From an uncultured Lachnospiraceae bacterium (GTDB lineage: Bacteria > Bacillota > Clostridia > Lachnospirales > Lachnospiraceae): a DNA stretch of 64,000 bases. Numbering within the stretch: the first letter of the stretch is position 1; each line of letters begins with the position of its first letter. The position numbers and the translations under genes were made by a program. The stretch covers positions 5,665 to 69,664 of the forward strand of contig CACXFM010000083.1 in the NCBI GenBank assembly GCA_902766955.1, written 5' to 3'. Shown here in pieces: positions 1 to 9,844 of this stretch. Under the pieces are notes generated by a model. The model was not told the origin of the DNA. It worked only from the letters and a program-made list of their open reading frames with translations, and ran no database searches.

Positions 1-769
1 GCGCCTCCGTCTCCTCCAGGGCCTCCGCGGCCTTGCGGATCCGGTAGCGGTTCATATACTGTGTGCAGGTCATGCCCACATGCTTCCGGAAGAGATTCAT
101 GAAATGGCTCTCGCTGAAGCCGCTCCGGGAGGCCAGCTCCCCGATCTGCAGCTTCTCCGTGTAATGTTCCCCGATATACTGAAGCACCGCAATCAGCTGC
201 TGCCGGCTCTCCTGGGAATGCCGGCTCTCTCCGGATTCCCGGATATAGCCGCAGCGGAACAGAAGCAGCAGCACGCGGAGAAGCTTCTCCCTAAGCTCCA
301 GCTCATAATAGGGTTCCTTTTCGAGAAAGACGGCAAGCGCCTGAAGGAACCCCTCCCGGATTTCTTCATATCCTTCTTCCCCGGCCCGGATGACCGGCTG
401 CGCGGAGAGGCGTCCCTCCGCCAGCGGCCGCAGGTACTTCAGTGCGGACAGGTCCGCCCCGCCGGCCCCCAGAAAATCCGGGTGAAAGACCAGACTGTCG
501 GAGACCATCTTCTGCCCCGCAATCTCAAACGCGGAATGCAGGCAGTAGGGAGGGACCAGAATCAGATCGCCCGCTTCCGTCCGGAAGCGGCTCTGTCCGA
601 CCCGGTAATTGGAAGAGCCCTCCCGGATCAGCGTGATCTCCATCTCCTCGTGCCAGTGGATCGCAAGTTCCTGATAGGTCAGCGGTACCAGACAGTGGTA
701 GCTGCTCACGGGCAGGAAGATATCCCCGTGGCTGACCTTCTCCCTGATGCCGGCATCCTGTTCTGCCAT
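1..769 (-). CDS. AraC-family transcriptional regulator (cupin + HTH), truncated by the window edge
   Basis: Not in the ORF track; translated by hand from ATG 769: MAEQDAGIREKVSHG...HWHEEMEI (cupin)...LQYIGEHYTEKLQIGELASRSGFSESHFMNLFRKHVGMTCTQYMNRYRIRKAAEALEET (AraC HTH). Confidence 0.9.
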   Translation of the reverse strand, partial: MAEQDAGIREKVSHGDIFLPVSSYHCLVPLTYQELAIHWHEEMEITLIREGSSNYRVGQSRFRTEAGDLILVPPYCLHSAFEIAGQKMVSDSLVFHPDFLGAGGADLSALKYLRPLAEGRLSAQPVIRAGEEGYEEIREGFLQALAVFLEKEPYYELELREKLLRVLLLLFRCGYIRESGESRHSQESRQQLIAVLQYIGEHYTEKLQIGELASRSGFSESHFMNLFRKHVGMTCTQYMNRYRIRKAAEALEETEA

Positions 770-777
770 GTATTTTC

Positions 778-1977
778 TCATCTCACACCCCGGAATAGAC
801 TGCTTATCAGAGGAGCTGCGGAGGGGCCGGACATCTCCTGCATCCGCAGCGCGGATACATCAGCCGGCGATTCAAAAAGCTCCAGGAACAGAACCGCGGC
901 GATGAGAACGAGCAGAATGACGGCAGCCACGACGAACGTCAGAAGCCACACCTTCCGGCTGTGTTTCCTGTCATCCGGATCCCGCGGAGCCGGACGGCCT
1001 GCCGCGGCATTCTCCAGAGCCGCTTCGAACGCACTCACGGTCCGGTATCTGCCGCTTCGCCGGACAGACATGGCCTTCATGAGTACATCCTCTTCATTTT
1101 TCCCGATATCCGCCCCGATCGAAGAAGGCCGGGGGAGCATATCTTTGTCCGCACGCGACCTTGCGTCCTGCGGATCCGTCCCGGTGACGGCAAAATATAT
1201 GACCGCTGCCAGGGCATACTCATCTGCCGACGGCTGCAGTTCCTCGTGAAAGAGCTGCTCTACCGGCGTATAGCTGTTCTCCTCATCGTCCGCGGCACTT
1301 TTCAGTCCGTCATACCGCCCGAGCATTTTCGCGCCGCCGAAGTCGAACAGCTTCAGGCCCCCATCGGGGCCCGCGATCAGATTGCCGGGACGGATGTCGC
1401 AGTGCAGGATCTGCATCTCGTGGAGCAGCGACAGGGAGTGCATGACGGGGGTCATATTCTTCAGAACAAGGTCAAAGGGCATGGGCCCGTGATCCCGGAC
1501 AGACTCTCCCAGCGTCACGCCGTCCGGGTATTCCTGGATGATGTAAACCGTCCGGTTTTCATAAAATACATCGTACACGCGGGCAATGCCCGGAAGCCCG
1601 CCGGCTTCCATGATCTGCCTCGCTTCCGACTCAAACTTTTCTTCGCATACTGCGATCGTCTGATCCAGTTCGTACGCCCCCTCCGGAATGCGCACGTCCG
1701 CAGAATGCGCGGTCACCCGCTGCATCCCTCCCCGGAAGAAGAACTCCCGCACGGAGACTCTCCTGTCATCCTGCAGGTCATATCCGGCGTAGGAGATATG
1801 AAAATCCTCTTCCTCGAGAATATCGCCGGTCAGATACCGGCCCATCAGGACCGTCCCATTCGCAAGAGCATGAGGCGGCGCCGTCCGGACGCCCGGACTC
1901 CTTCCGCAGAACGGACAGATCACCTCCGGCCGCGGCTTTTCTCTCATACAGCGCGGACAGATATTTTTGATATCCAT
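778..1977 (-). CDS. Membrane-anchored Ser/Thr protein kinase-like protein (probable pseudokinase) with N-terminal Zn ribbon
   Basis: CPRC/CPFC; HCDIRPGN and DFG motifs; C-terminal hydrophobic helix; GGAGGAGG RBS before ATG 1977. Confidence 0.85.
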   Translation of the reverse strand: MDIKNICPRCMREKPRPEVICPFCGRSPGVRTAPPHALANGTVLMGRYLTGDILEEEDFHISYAGYDLQDDRRVSVREFFFRGGMQRVTAHSADVRIPEGAYELDQTIAVCEEKFESEARQIMEAGGLPGIARVYDVFYENRTVYIIQEYPDGVTLGESVRDHGPMPFDLVLKNMTPVMHSLSLLHEMQILHCDIRPGNLIAGPDGGLKLFDFGGAKMLGRYDGLKSAADDEENSYTPVEQLFHEELQPSADEYALAAVIYFAVTGTDPQDARSRADKDMLPRPSSIGADIGKNEEDVLMKAMSVRRSGRYRTVSAFEAALENAAAGRPAPRDPDDRKHSRKVWLLTFVVAAVILLVLIAAVLFLELFESPADVSALRMQEMSGPSAAPLISSLFRGVR

Positions 1978-2182
1978 ATGGCCGTCACACCTCCTCCCCG
2001 ATACGTCACAGATCATAGAATTCTGTTAGTTTATCCCATTATAATGCAAGCCTTCGGCGCCAGACAAGCGTATGATATCCATCAGAAAAAGACCTGCGCG
2101 GTTTTGAGGAAGGATTCCTCCGCCAGCAGACCTGGATTTTACATCATAAATCTGTATTCTACATCATAAAGGAGATACAAAA

Positions 2183-3718
2183 ATGGCAGCAGCGTGGCTC
2201 AAAGATGCGGTTTTCTATGAAATCTATCCCCAGTCCTTCTACGATACCAACGGCGACGGCATCGGGGACATCAACGGCATTATCGAAAAGCTTGATTACG
2301 TGAAAGGGCTCGGGTGCAACGCGCTCTGGATCAATCCCTGCTTTGATTCGCCCTTCAAGGACGCCGGCTACGATGTCAGGGATTACAAAAAGGTCGCTCC
2401 CCGCTACGGCACAAACGAGGATCTGTACCGTCTCTTCGAAGAGGCTCACAAAAAGGGCATCCGCGTCCTTCTCGACCTTGTTCCGGGACACACATCCGAA
2501 GAGCACCCCTGGTTCCGCGAAAGCCAGAAGGTGGAGAAGAACGAGTACACCGACCGCTACATCTGGACCGACTTCTGCTTCCAGGGGGCGCAGGGACTTC
2601 CCTATATCGGCGGCGAGAGCGAGCGCAGCGGAACCTATATCCTGAACTTCTTCAAATGCCAGCCGGCCCTCAACTACGGTTTTCTCAATCCCACCGAGCC
2701 CTGGCAGAAGTCCTTCCGCGACCCCGCCGCCATCGCCACCCGCGAAGCCATCAAGGATGTCATGCGCTTCTGGCTGTCCCACGGCTGCGACGGTTTCCGC
2801 GTAGACATGGCCCCCTCTCTCGTCAAAAATGACGATGAGAAAAAGAGCGGAACCAGCGCCATCTGGCGCGATGTCAGGCGCATGCTGAACTGCGAGTTCC
2901 CGGATGCGGCCATGGTCTCCGAGTGGAGCAATCCCAAGCTCTCCCTCCGGGCCGGTTACGACTGCGATTTCTGCCTCAACGAGCCGGGCAGCGGATACTC
3001 GACACTGATGCGCGACTACGGCAACGGCGAAGATCACAGCTATTTCAAAAAAGATGCCGGCGGCAATATCAACCGCTTCCTGGACCAGTATCTCGACTGG
3101 TACGAGGATACAAAGGATCTGGGCTATATCTCGCTTCTGACCTGCAACCACGACACGATCCGTCCCCGCTACAATCTGGATGAGGCGGAGCTGAAGATCG
3201 CCTATGCATTCCTCTTCACGATGCCCGGCGTGCCCTTCCTCTATTACGGCGATGAAATCGGCATGCGCTATCTCGACGTGCCGACGAAGGAAGGCGGCTA
3301 CTACAGGACGGGATCCAGAACGCCCATGCAGTGGACAGCCGGAAAGAATGCCGGCTTCTCGGAAGGAAAAGCGGAAGACCTCTATCTCCCGGTCGACGCT
3401 TCCGAAGATGCCCCCAACGTGGCAGACGAGGAAAAAGATCCCGCATCTCTGCTGAACACGGTGAAAGAGATTCTGGCGCTGCGGCACAGTCAGAAAGACC
3501 TGCAGGCAGACGCACCGCTGGAAGTCATCTGCACGGAACCCGGCTGTCCCTTCGTCTACCGGCGCGGAACCATCACGCTGGCGCTCAATCCGACAGGCGC
3601 GGAAGTCAGCCTGCCGCTTAAGGATGTCACCGGGGAAGTCCTCTACAAAATCGGGGAAGGAAGCGCGGCAGACGGGAAGCTGGTGCTTGGTGCGCAGTCC
3701 TTTGTCGCATTCAGGTGA
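2183..3718 (+). CDS. GH13 alpha-amylase-family glycosidase (alpha-glucosidase/TreS-like)
   Basis: YEIYPQSFYDTNGDGIGD, DLVPGHTS, DGFRVDMA, CNHD, YYGDEIGM, RTPMQW. Confidence 0.92.
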   Translation: MAAAWLKDAVFYEIYPQSFYDTNGDGIGDINGIIEKLDYVKGLGCNALWINPCFDSPFKDAGYDVRDYKKVAPRYGTNEDLYRLFEEAHKKGIRVLLDLVPGHTSEEHPWFRESQKVEKNEYTDRYIWTDFCFQGAQGLPYIGGESERSGTYILNFFKCQPALNYGFLNPTEPWQKSFRDPAAIATREAIKDVMRFWLSHGCDGFRVDMAPSLVKNDDEKKSGTSAIWRDVRRMLNCEFPDAAMVSEWSNPKLSLRAGYDCDFCLNEPGSGYSTLMRDYGNGEDHSYFKKDAGGNINRFLDQYLDWYEDTKDLGYISLLTCNHDTIRPRYNLDEAELKIAYAFLFTMPGVPFLYYGDEIGMRYLDVPTKEGGYYRTGSRTPMQWTAGKNAGFSEGKAEDLYLPVDASEDAPNVADEEKDPASLLNTVKEILALRHSQKDLQADAPLEVICTEPGCPFVYRRGTITLALNPTGAEVSLPLKDVTGEVLYKIGEGSAADGKLVLGAQSFVAFR

Positions 3719-3719
3719 G

Positions 3720-3799
3720 TGAGTACAGGGGACGTTTGAGTACAGGGGACGGTTCTCGATGCTCATTAAAATGAGCAACGAGAACCGTCCCCTGTACTC
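3720..3799. repeat. REP-like palindrome (30-bp arms) with a partial direct duplication
   Basis: Arm GAGTACAGGGGACGGTTCTCGATGCTCATT (3738-3767) and arm 3770-3799 pair with 1 mismatch; TGAGTACAGGGGACG occurs at 3720 and 3737; lies between convergent genes. Confidence 0.85.
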
Positions 3800-3814
3800 C
3801 GTCCCCCTTCCTCC

Positions 3815-6800
3815 TCAATTCGAATACTTCATCAGAATATACCCCATTTGAGTATTTCCATGTTTGCAGCCTCCCGTATATGTTCCGCCATAAACGTCAT
3901 CAATATGGTATCCGGGATTTCGATGGGTAATATATACCTTTCCTGTGCCATCAATTTTTGTGACGATACCGACGTGCTTCCACGGCTTCTCATCCGTCGT
4001 ACAGGCCAGACATTTGAATATAATCACATCACCCACTTCAATCAGTGCATTATTGCCGCCCGAAGTAGTGATATAATCCCCGGAGTCGGATATAGTATGT
4101 GCTTTAAATCCGACTCGCAGCAATTCGCTGTAAAGGTACCCCTCTCCCACACCGACCTGTTTTGTCATCTGGATCCCGTTCGCGATCAGACAATCAGACA
4201 CAAATCCGGCACATTCTTCCGTGGAAGAAGCAACCGTATTTTTCGCATATTCGGCAATGGCTGCCCTGTCGTAAACATTTTTCCATACCGTTACAAAATG
4301 GAACGCCGCTCCGTCCGTACTGGTTACCAGCTGGTACACATCCCCTGTATAGTAGTCTTTTCCATCCTCCGTACAATGCCAATAATCAAATGCTTTCCCC
4401 TGCGGAGCCGTTCCGGCGGCTGACGGAAGATCAAAAAATGTTCTGGCTGACACTTGCAGCGGTTCATTTGACACCACACCGCCATCTGTCCCCTCGAAAT
4501 GAATTGTATACCTGTGCAGCGTATAAGCCGGCATCAGTTCCATATTGCCGGTCGTGCCTTTCGGAATGACTTTCATACTCTTTGCCACCGGATCGTCGGA
4601 AGCGTTCTTCTTCCACCCGAAGAAATTTGTCCCGGCTTCTTCCTGCAGTACCGGCAGAGTCACGGCATCATTGACTGTATACGTGATCGGATCCGGCAGC
4701 TCCAGATACAAGAGCGTCGAAGCACCTGACCCAAATGATATTGTGTACTTGACGATCTCCCACTTCGCATAAATCTTGCGGTTATAGATTTGTGCATTAT
4801 TAAAAATTGTTTTATCTGCATAGACCGGCCCCAATTCGCTGCCGTCTTTTTTCTTTGTATACCAGTACCTGAAGCGATAGCCTTTTCTGGTCGGTGTCGG
4901 AAGAGCCGCTATCTTCCCTCCGGAAAGGGATTTGATTGTCTTCCCGGACTGAATCGAAACCGTTTTAACGGCATTCTCCGGAAGCTTTCCTCCGGCCGGA
5001 TCCAATGTCAGCGTCGCTTTTTTCAGTTTGAGAATCGAAAACTCAAGTTTTTTGGAGCCGCAGTAGTTTCCGATTCCGGTAAATGTTGCGGTAGCCTTCC
5101 CCACTTTGACATTATTGGCCCACTTAACCGTGTAGTCCGTTCCTTCTGCAAGGGTAATGTCTTTTCCTTTCACTCTCATTGTAATGCTGCGTGCCGGTTT
5201 CTGCGCTTTCCCGTTGGCATAGCATATAGAGGTTTTCAGACTGACCGTAAAAATCTTCCAGGAAATATTGGCCCTGTTGATCTTAAACGTGACGCGCTTC
5301 GTCCCCTTGTAGGCATTAATCCCCGTCACGATGACGGTCGGATATTTCGATGTCGCCTTCCGGTTCTTTTCGTAAGTCAGTTTATAGTCCTTGTCCTTTG
5401 TGAGCGTCTTACCATTTATTTTTACCGTGACCGCAGGCGTCTGCAGCAGCGTGTTATAGGTACACGCCGGAACTGTGACGCTTGCATTTTCCACTGAAAC
5501 CCGTTTGATCCAATGCGCATACAGCGTCAGGCTCTTCGCGGGTTTTGTTTTTGTATACACCTTCGTTCCACCGCTTTTCGCAGTGTACCACCCCTGGAAA
5601 TAATAGCCGGCGAGCGTCGGTTTCGGCAATGTGCCGTACGCGCTGCCCGGTGCTACCCATACTGTCTTTGTTTTCAGTACGGCTTTTTCATAAATGGCAT
5701 TCAGGGTGATCTTATAAGGATTCACCACCGTCACTTTGCAGGATGCTTTATATCCTCCGTCCGCTGTCTTGACTGTGACGGTTGCAGTGCCGCCCGCAAC
5801 AGCAGTGACTTTGCCGGTACTCGACACCGTCGCGACCTTCGTGTCGGAAGAACTCCAGGTCATCTTTTTATTGGAGGCATTGGCCGGAAGAATACTGGCA
5901 GAAAGCTGATATGTTTTTCCTTTATTCAGTTTCACTGAACTGCTGTTCAGGGACACGGACTTGACGCGCACGGATTCAATTGCGAAGTGAAGCTCCACTC
6001 CTGTCAGTTCATCATAAAACTCGTGCCCGTCGATTGCTTCCCAGTCCTCGCTGGAGCCTTTATAGAAGATATCGGTCAGTGCCGTGCAGGCCTCAAATGG
6101 GGCACCTCCGATTGTTTTCAAACTGACAGGTAATGTAATCTGCTTCAAATTGCTGCAGCCCTTAAATGCCCATTCATCCAGCAGTGTGACATGATCCGGA
6201 ATCACGATCTCTGTAAGACCGGTACAATCTTGAAACGCGCTTCCATATATTTCTGTTAAAGTATCCGGGAGGGTAATCGCTTCCAGGCCATCACATCCCA
6301 TAAATACACAGTAATCTAATTTTGTAACCTTTGAAAGATTAATAGATGATAAATAATCACATCCGCAAAAAGCAGTACTATTTATACATTTAACACCTTC
6401 AGGTACTATAACATTATCCAGGCACCCACAGAGTCTGAAGGCATCTTCTCCGATTGATGTGAGACTTTCCGGCAGATCAATCTTATAAAGATCCCTGCAA
6501 GTGTCAAATGCTCCATTACCTATAGTCTGTACGCCTTCAGATAAAGTAACAACGTATAATTCTATACTGCACTGTTGAAACATTTTATCCGGAATATGCT
6601 TCACACTACCGGGAATCACAATTTCTTCCAGAGCAGCACAACCATAAAATGCACCTGTTCCGATTCTCGTCACACTGTCCGGTATCTCAAGCCTGGCCCC
6701 AATTTCCGCCATTCTCCAGAACTCGCCGGAACAAAATGCATAATCTCCTATATAGGTTACGCTGTTCGGAATACTTATATTTTCAAAACTACAGTATGCC

Positions 6801-7555
6801 AATGCGTAAGCACCAATTCCAGTAATCCCGTTCTGGATTATCACGCTGACGTTTTCCCGCCCAAGTTTATCGCGCCAGGGAGCCGGTGAATCTCCACTAT
6901 AGTCTGAATAATTGTCTATATTACCGCTCCCGCTGATCGTCAGTATGAACGGCTGATATTCTTCTTTGGTCAGCGTATATGTCGCATTCGGACCGCAGCT
7001 GCCCGAAGCAATCAATGAACTATCCGCCGCCATCGGTTCTTCCGCTGCCGACAATTCGCCGTCTTCCTCTGTCGATTCGAAGAGTTCTTCAGCAATTTGT
7101 TCTGTCGGGTTCTCTCCGCTCGTTATGTCTGTATTCTCCGTTTCATTCAGATAATCCTCTGTCTCATCCGAATCAGACTCATCGAGCATAGAAACATCCG
7201 TCTCTTCTGTTAAACCGCTGTCATCATCAGACGCATCATCATCTGCATAATATTCGTCTTCATTATATTCATCTTCAGTGTAGCCATCTTCAGCGTACTC
7301 ATCTCCAGCGTACCCATCTTCAGCGTACCCATCTTCAGCGTACCCATCTTCAGCATACTCATCTTCAACGTATTCGCCTTCATCATAGTTGGCTTCCGGG
7401 TCATCATATGCATATGCTGCGATTTCCTCTGCATATTCTGCCTGCGAATACGGCTCTTCCGCAAAGACCGCAGTCAACCCCTGCATAAACAACACTGTTG
7501 CAAATAACAATGCCAGCCCTCTTCTGGCGATGATCCTTGTTCTTTGATTTTTCAT
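3815..7555 (-). CDS. Secreted/surface protein: acidic linker, BspA-type LRRs, Ig-like (Big_2), InlB B-type repeats, C-terminal Cys/His amidase-like domain
   Basis: Signal peptide; IPNSVTYIGDYAF-type repeats; VKSVSLNSSSVKL...TWSSSDTKVATV; GYYFQGWYT; ECAGFVSDCL...GDVIIF...HVGIV. Confidence 0.85.
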   Translation of the reverse strand: MKNQRTRIIARRGLALLFATVLFMQGLTAVFAEEPYSQAEYAEEIAAYAYDDPEANYDEGEYVEDEYAEDGYAEDGYAEDGYAGDEYAEDGYTEDEYNEDEYYADDDASDDDSGLTEETDVSMLDESDSDETEDYLNETENTDITSGENPTEQIAEELFESTEEDGELSAAEEPMAADSSLIASGSCGPNATYTLTKEEYQPFILTISGSGNIDNYSDYSGDSPAPWRDKLGRENVSVIIQNGITGIGAYALAYCSFENISIPNSVTYIGDYAFCSGEFWRMAEIGARLEIPDSVTRIGTGAFYGCAALEEIVIPGSVKHIPDKMFQQCSIELYVVTLSEGVQTIGNGAFDTCRDLYKIDLPESLTSIGEDAFRLCGCLDNVIVPEGVKCINSTAFCGCDYLSSINLSKVTKLDYCVFMGCDGLEAITLPDTLTEIYGSAFQDCTGLTEIVIPDHVTLLDEWAFKGCSNLKQITLPVSLKTIGGAPFEACTALTDIFYKGSSEDWEAIDGHEFYDELTGVELHFAIESVRVKSVSLNSSSVKLNKGKTYQLSASILPANASNKKMTWSSSDTKVATVSSTGKVTAVAGGTATVTVKTADGGYKASCKVTVVNPYKITLNAIYEKAVLKTKTVWVAPGSAYGTLPKPTLAGYYFQGWYTAKSGGTKVYTKTKPAKSLTLYAHWIKRVSVENASVTVPACTYNTLLQTPAVTVKINGKTLTKDKDYKLTYEKNRKATSKYPTVIVTGINAYKGTKRVTFKINRANISWKIFTVSLKTSICYANGKAQKPARSITMRVKGKDITLAEGTDYTVKWANNVKVGKATATFTGIGNYCGSKKLEFSILKLKKATLTLDPAGGKLPENAVKTVSIQSGKTIKSLSGGKIAALPTPTRKGYRFRYWYTKKKDGSELGPVYADKTIFNNAQIYNRKIYAKWEIVKYTISFGSGASTLLYLELPDPITYTVNDAVTLPVLQEEAGTNFFGWKKNASDDPVAKSMKVIPKGTTGNMELMPAYTLHRYTIHFEGTDGGVVSNEPLQVSARTFFDLPSAAGTAPQGKAFDYWHCTEDGKDYYTGDVYQLVTSTDGAAFHFVTVWKNVYDRAAIAEYAKNTVASSTEECAGFVSDCLIANGIQMTKQVGVGEGYLYSELLRVGFKAHTISDSGDYITTSGGNNALIEVGDVIIFKCLACTTDEKPWKHVGIVTKIDGTGKVYITHRNPGYHIDDVYGGTYTGGCKHGNTQMGYILMKYSN
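7250..7388 (-). repeat. In-frame 15-bp tandem repeat (about 9 units) encoding EDGYA-like pentapeptides
   Basis: CATCTTCAGCGTACC units; protein EDEYAEDGYAEDGYAGDEYAEDGYTEDEYNEDEY. Confidence 0.85.
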
Positions 7556-7770
7556 GGCTGCCCTCCGGCAAGCAAAGATTGATTACTTTAAACAAATACT
7601 ATCACCTGGCAATATTTTCTGTCAATTTGATTCAGTGGGCTGCTGATCCACCTCCTTGCGCCGTGGTTCTGTAAACAGCAGGGGTCGGAATAAGGAAAAC
7701 GCTCCCTTATATTCTTGCCTTCCGAACAAGAATATAAGGAAGCGTTTTCCTTGCACAGGACACTCCACAC

Positions 7771-7840
7771 GAGTATCCGAGACAGTCCAATGAGCATCTG
7801 AAAACCGTAAAATGAGCAATAAGAACCGTCCCCAGCACTC
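7771..7840. repeat. Degenerate copy of the REP-like element
   Basis: AATGAGCAATAAGAACCGTCCCCAGCACTC (7811-7840) matches 3770-3799 at 26/30; decayed pieces at 7771-7808. Confidence 0.75.
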
Positions 7841-9140
7841 ACTTCTTCCCGAAGATAATCGAGAGCACTACAAACCCCGTCAGCAGAAACTGATAGAAGA
7901 GATACGGTATTATCGCCATACTGGATATCCCGGCCAGCGATGCCGCGATCAGAAGCTGCGCCCCGTACGGAATGATGCCCTGGAAAATGCAGGAAGTCGT
8001 GTCCAGGAGCGATGCCGTCTCTTTCGGATCAATTGCGTATTCCGTGCTGATTTCTTTTGCAATCGGCGCCGCGATCACGATGGCCACCGTATTGTTGGCG
8101 GTCGCCACATCCATGAGCCCGGTCAGGAGGCAGATCCCGAGTTTTCCGCCCTTCTTCGTTCTGGCGTGCTTCCGGATAAAGGCCAGGATCGACTCAAATC
8201 CGCCGTGCTCGCGCATCAGTGCACTGATCGACGCGACCAGGATGGTGACGATCATCGTCTCGAACATTCCCTCGGTGCCGCTTCCCATAGCGGAAAATGC
8301 ACTCGCAAACGTGATCGTTCCTGCAGCACCCCCGATCAGGAAGAAGAGAATGATGCCGATTCCGAGCACCAGGAACACATTCAGCCCGAGAAGCGCCAGC
8401 GCGAGGACAATAAAGTAAGGGATTGCCAGCCAGATATTGAAGTCATAATGCTGCATCTGTGCGCCGACGTGCCTCACGGAATACAGCACCAGAATCAGCA
8501 CGGTGATCAGCGCCGCCGGAAATGCGATCTTGAAATTCACCCGGAATTTATCCTTCATCTCCACGCCCTGGGTCCGCGTGGCGGCAATCGTCGTATCGGA
8601 GATCACCGACAGATTGTCCCCGAACATGGAGCCGCCGACCACGGTTCCGATGACAAGCGGCATGAAATATCCGGTCCCTTCGGCCACGGCTGCGGCAATC
8701 GGAACCAGCACGGTAATCGTCCCGACACTCGTCCCCATCGACATCGAAATCAGGCAGGCAATCACAAACAGGCCCGGAATGGCCAGACTGCCCGGAATAA
8801 AATTCAGCATCAGATTCGCCGTACTCTCGGCGCCCCCTGCCGCGCTGGCCAGGCCGCTGAAGGCTCCCGCCATCAGGAAGATAAACAGCATGATCACGAT
8901 ATTGTCGTCTCCGATGCCCTGAGCACAGATATGAATCTTCTCATCAAACGAAAGCTGCCTGTTCTGGGCGAAAGCCACAATCAGCGCCAGCCCGAAGGCT
9001 ACGACAACCGAGATCACATAAAATCCCATCTGCCCTTCCTCGGGGGAGATATATTCGAAATAAATTCCGCTGCCGAGATAGATGACCAGAAACACCGCGA
9101 TCGGCAGCAGGGCCTTCGCATTTGCCTGTTTTTTCTCCAT
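7839..9140 (-). CDS. NhaC-family Na+/H+ antiporter-like transporter (possible amino-acid transporter)
   Basis: Multiple TM segments; SMGTSVGT and GGSMFGDNLSVISDTT motifs. Confidence 0.85.
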   Translation of the reverse strand: MEKKQANAKALLPIAVFLVIYLGSGIYFEYISPEEGQMGFYVISVVVAFGLALIVAFAQNRQLSFDEKIHICAQGIGDDNIVIMLFIFLMAGAFSGLASAAGGAESTANLMLNFIPGSLAIPGLFVIACLISMSMGTSVGTITVLVPIAAAVAEGTGYFMPLVIGTVVGGSMFGDNLSVISDTTIAATRTQGVEMKDKFRVNFKIAFPAALITVLILVLYSVRHVGAQMQHYDFNIWLAIPYFIVLALALLGLNVFLVLGIGIILFFLIGGAAGTITFASAFSAMGSGTEGMFETMIVTILVASISALMREHGGFESILAFIRKHARTKKGGKLGICLLTGLMDVATANNTVAIVIAAPIAKEISTEYAIDPKETASLLDTTSCIFQGIIPYGAQLLIAASLAGISSMAIIPYLFYQFLLTGFVVLSIIFGKK

Positions 9141-9184
9141 AAAAATCAAGTCCTCTCTGAAAAGTCCGTTAGTAAAGCCGCCCG

Positions 9185-9814
9185 TCAGGCTCTCTTCCCC
9201 AGAATCACATCCGTCAGTGCCTTCTGCGGATACTCCGGAAGCCTGTTGAAAATGTCGATCCGCCCCGGATCCCCGCTCCGGAACGAAAACGCCGGGAAAA
9301 GAAATCCGTAGTCCGGCTTCCCGATTTCATAATCCTCTCCCTGGGGCGAGATCGTGCAGATAATAAAATCGTACACCTCCTCAGATTCGTAGAGATAGCC
9401 GTTGTCCGAGGATTTCATCGGCACATCGTAGGTCCCGTGAAACACGGCCGCCGCATAAGGCCCCGCCGCGCTGTAATATTTCCCGATCTGTTCGTAGAGC
9501 ACCTCCATCAGGAGGTCATTCTCCAGCCCGCAGGAGTGAACGCCCTGCAGAAGCTGCCAGATGCTGCCTTTTCCCTTACTTTCCTTCGGAAATACATGCT
9601 CGATCAGCTGCTCGTTGGTCTTCGCAAACGGCACTGTCTTGGCGATGGCCAGGTGTTTTGCCTTGTCCGTGGGATTCAGGTTCAGGAAACGGATGTTAAA
9701 TGTATTGTCGATCTCGCCGTCCCGGTCAAAGTATGCGCCGGCGATTCTCCTCATACAGGTCCTCGTCGGCGTCATTCTCCGCGTGAGTTCAAGCATATCT
9801 TTTCTGTCAATCAA
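9185..9814 (-). CDS. DUF4317-like protein (short form)
   Basis: N-terminus ELTRRMTPTRTCMRRIAGAY, GTYDVPMKSSD, ESEEVYDFIICTI, GFLFPAF. Confidence 0.65.
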   Translation of the reverse strand: MIDRKDMLELTRRMTPTRTCMRRIAGAYFDRDGEIDNTFNIRFLNLNPTDKAKHLAIAKTVPFAKTNEQLIEHVFPKESKGKGSIWQLLQGVHSCGLENDLLMEVLYEQIGKYYSAAGPYAAAVFHGTYDVPMKSSDNGYLYESEEVYDFIICTISPQGEDYEIGKPDYGFLFPAFSFRSGDPGRIDIFNRLPEYPQKALTDVILGKRA

Positions 9815-9844
9815 TTTTTTTACCGCCTTTTCCCGTCAGGCCCG

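Noticed and set aside
80-3778. Long ORFs 80-1249 (+), 961-2169 (+) and 2159-3778 (-)
   Set aside because: Antisense shadows of the AraC, kinase and GH13 genes, typical of high-GC codon bias; no motifs
9141-9184. SAM/T-box riboswitch before the NhaC gene
   Set aside because: The intergenic gap is only 44 bp
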